Source: a virus
Lineage: Duplodnaviria > Caudoviricetes
IMG/VR virus record: IMGVR_UViG_3300037424_001102
Location: 1-27,727 of that record
Reading direction: 5' to 3' (one strand)
DNA: 27,727 bases
Part shown: in pieces, positions 25,612-27,727 of the stretch
Layout of the letters: each line of letters begins with the position of its first letter
How positions within the stretch are numbered: position 1 is the first letter of the stretch
Notes under the pieces: model-generated
Database searches by the model: none
Told to the model about the DNA's origin: nothing
The model's input: the letters and a program-made list of their open reading frames with translations, nothing else
Program-made: the position numbers and the translations under genes

Positions 25612-26661
25612 ATGGTTACGACTGCAAAAATTGTTCAGGTGTCCGACGATAGTGGCGTCACCTGGAAAACACTTCCTGGTGGAAGTGGCGATTGGAATGA
25701 TGAGGCCGGGCAGATCAACGACACTATCTTTGGCCATACCTTCCAGTCCAACCAAACCGGTCTCATCACGTGGACTGCAAACGCAAACGCCATCTATAAG
25801 GGGTTTGCCGGTTATGTGGCAAAGCTGAAGAAGTCCGGCACGTCAACGACTTTCACAACTGAGGCGATGTCTCTGGTCTCCGGAAAGACCTATGAGATTG
25901 CCGACGCCACAAAGGATGTTTGGGACCGGTCAGTGGTTCCGAGCGTTTATGCCGACGCAGTCCTTGTCAATGCCAGCAACATCGAGTCAATCGATTACTT
26001 GTTTGGCCGGGTCACCTTCATCTCAACCTACACCCCGGCCGGTGCGGTAACCGTTTCTGGCAAATACCTTCCTATGGCGGAAATCTCAAAGATCAACAGC
26101 TTCACCCTTACGCAAACCGCCGCCATCATTGACAAGACCGACTTCGCCCTTGCCAGGACGACTGGGTACAGGTCGTTTGACCCAGGTCTCCGTACTGTTG
26201 GTCTGCAAACCGGTGGTTTCTATGATGTCACCAATGACCTTGTTGACATTTTGGACGCCAGGGAAGAAATTGTTTCTGAGATCAACCCTGATGGAAGTGG
26301 GCTGTCAATGGCCCGTGGGTTTGTGAAGATGGCCTCCAGGACACAGTCCGGCGACGTTGGTGCCTTGGAAGCTGAAACTGCAAACTTTGGTCTCACTGTT
26401 CCTGAGAACATTGATACGGTTTTCGCCTGGAGGCACGATTCCTCCACAACTCTTTCCGAAGCTATCCAGATCGTTCTTAACGGGTGGCTGAACGAAACCC
26501 CAATCATGGTGCGCTACCTTCCAGACGGTGTTGGGTCCGTTGGCTTTAGTGGCGAGTGCGTGGTCACGGACGTTTCCCTTAGCAGCAGCCTTGACGCGAT
26601 GAATGTGTTTGCTGCCAAGTTCCAGGGTTCTGGTGAGCCAACAAGGGGCACGGCTTCATAA
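25612..26661 (+). CDS. major tail tube protein
   Basis: 349 aa, T/S-rich; C-terminal FSGECVVTDVSLS...FQGSG; precedes the chaperones; no sheath gene. Confidence 0.8.
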   Translation: MVTTAKIVQVSDDSGVTWKTLPGGSGDWNDEAGQINDTIFGHTFQSNQTGLITWTANANAIYKGFAGYVAKLKKSGTSTTFTTEAMSLVSGKTYEIADATKDVWDRSVVPSVYADAVLVNASNIESIDYLFGRVTFISTYTPAGAVTVSGKYLPMAEISKINSFTLTQTAAIIDKTDFALARTTGYRSFDPGLRTVGLQTGGFYDVTNDLVDILDAREEIVSEINPDGSGLSMARGFVKMASRTQSGDVGALEAETANFGLTVPENIDTVFAWRHDSSTTLSEAIQIVLNGWLNETPIMVRYLPDGVGSVGFSGECVVTDVSLSSSLDAMNVFAAKFQGSGEPTRGTAS

Positions 26662-26680
26662 CCATCGCGGAAGTGCAACA

Positions 26681-26875
26681 ATGTCGATGAAGTACAAAAA
26701 GGTGATTGGTCAAGCTTCCGGGTCTTCTGTTGCAGCAGGATTCATCGTTTGGTACTGGAACGGAACTCACCCGGAAATGCCAATCACTGCGGAGTTGGCT
26801 GGTGGTATGGGGGCGCTTGTTGGTCCGGTGTTGGCATACTTGGTTTCGTGGTTGCCAACGCCCCCAATTAGGTAG
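26681..26875 (+). CDS. small two-TM membrane protein (holin-like)
   Basis: 64 aa with two hydrophobic segments, between the tube and chaperone genes. Confidence 0.5.
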   Translation: MSMKYKKVIGQASGSSVAAGFIVWYWNGTHPEMPITAELAGGMGALVGPVLAYLVSWLPTPPIR

Positions 26876-26931
26876 GTGGGGGGACTGCCCCCTCCACCTA
26901 GTGTAGCAAGGTAGATAGACAGGAGAATTAA

Positions 26932-27297
26932 ATGGTTGCCAAACAGGTTCCAGTGACTAGCCAGATGCGTGATGAGCTCCGCTCGCTCATTTTTGCTGGC
27001 AAGAACAAAGAACAGAAGAGCGTCAACATTCAGATGTTTGGGAATGAGGTTGAAATCCGTCAGCCAACTGTTGGACAGATCTCCAGGCTTGCCAAATTGC
27101 AGGCGGATGAAAAGACCGACGCACTCATTTCCATCATGCTTGAATACTGCTATGTTCCAGGGACAGACCAACGTCTATTTGACCGCGAGGATGTTGAATC
27201 CATCAACAGCCTTCCGGCCGGGCAGTGGCTTGCTGATCTCAACAAGGCCGTTCTCGAGCTTACCGGCCTGAACGTGGAAGTTGCGGAAAAAAACTGA
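26932..27297 (+). CDS. tail assembly chaperone (gpG-like)
   Basis: EVEIRQPTVG; ends with the slippery GAA AAA AAC TGA. Confidence 0.85.
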   Translation: MVAKQVPVTSQMRDELRSLIFAGKNKEQKSVNIQMFGNEVEIRQPTVGQISRLAKLQADEKTDALISIMLEYCYVPGTDQRLFDREDVESINSLPAGQWLADLNKAVLELTGLNVEVAEKN

Positions 27298-27533
27298 GAA
27301 ATGACGGCCTTCGTTTTGCCGTCATGATGGTTGCTGAGGCACTTGGGAAGTATCCAAGAGAAGTTGAAGAGGAGTGTACCTACGATGAGATCATGGAGTG
27401 GTTGGCTTACTTTAAGCTAACTTCCAGAGATCCAAAAGGTTCTGGTGGCCAGCCAACTGTGGCACCATCAGTGCCTCCAATTTTAGGAAGAGGTGCCCCC
27501 ATTACTAGTTGGGGTGCAGGCAGACGGAGGTAG
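27288..27533 (+). CDS. -1 frameshift extension of the tail chaperone (gpGT-like)
   Basis: A AAA AAC at 27288-27294; the -1 frame is open through LRNDGLRFAVMMVAEALGK...EIMEWLAYF. Confidence 0.85.
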   Translation, partial: KKLRNDGLRFAVMMVAEALGKYPREVEEECTYDEIMEWLAYFKLTSRDPKGSGGQPTVAPSVPPILGRGAPITSWGAGRRR

Positions 27534-27538
27534 ATACC

Positions 27539-27727
27539 TTGACCACTCTTGCTGAACTGTCTTATGCAATCACAGCGAACACGGAGGGCCTGAATAAGGC
27601 CCTCCCTATCCTTAACAGAATGGCAACGACCATGAATGCGCTGGACAAGACCGTCCAGCAATTCGGCAAGGCCGTACAGGAGCAAAGTGCGGCCATGGCT
27701 AAGTCTATTACCGCAGTGGGTGAGGCA
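27539..27727 (+). CDS. tape measure protein, N-terminus (cut by the window edge)
   Basis: TTG start after GGAGG; MTTLAELSYAITANTEGLNKAL... open to the end; follows gpGT. Confidence 0.8.
   Translation, partial: MTTLAELSYAITANTEGLNKALPILNRMATTMNALDKTVQQFGKAVQEQSAAMAKSITAVGEA

Overview
This is a tailed-phage (siphovirus-like) genome segment with four parts. (1) 1-4954 (-): small hypothetical genes, almost all preceded by a conserved ~60-80 bp hairpin / T-tract / AGGAGGAG leader cassette. (2) ~5000-8800: a repeat-rich non-coding stretch, then a three-gene island with a sigma70 promoter and strong depletion of AGA/GGA/CGA and their complements. This may be a first-injected (pre-early) region near the genome end. 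(3) 8800-18900 (-): an accessory region containing a TIGR-Tas-like RNA-guided system. A Nop/IS110-related, nuclease-less TasA-like protein (12419-13327) is accompanied by about 25 dual-spacer units (CCA-N9-TGxxxxCCA-N9-TG). These form a 15-unit array, a 4-unit array and 1-3-unit satellites between genes. The same region has a NADAR gene, decayed macro-domain and SLOG/YspA genes, an intact IS200/IS605 TnpB element and a candidate anti-Shine-Dalgarno sRNA. (4) 18998-27727 (+): an HK97-type head, neck and tail module with an extended prohead protease, major capsid, head-tail proteins, tail tube, -1 frameshifted tail chaperones and the start of the tape measure. All family calls come from motif recognition by eye; no database searches were run.
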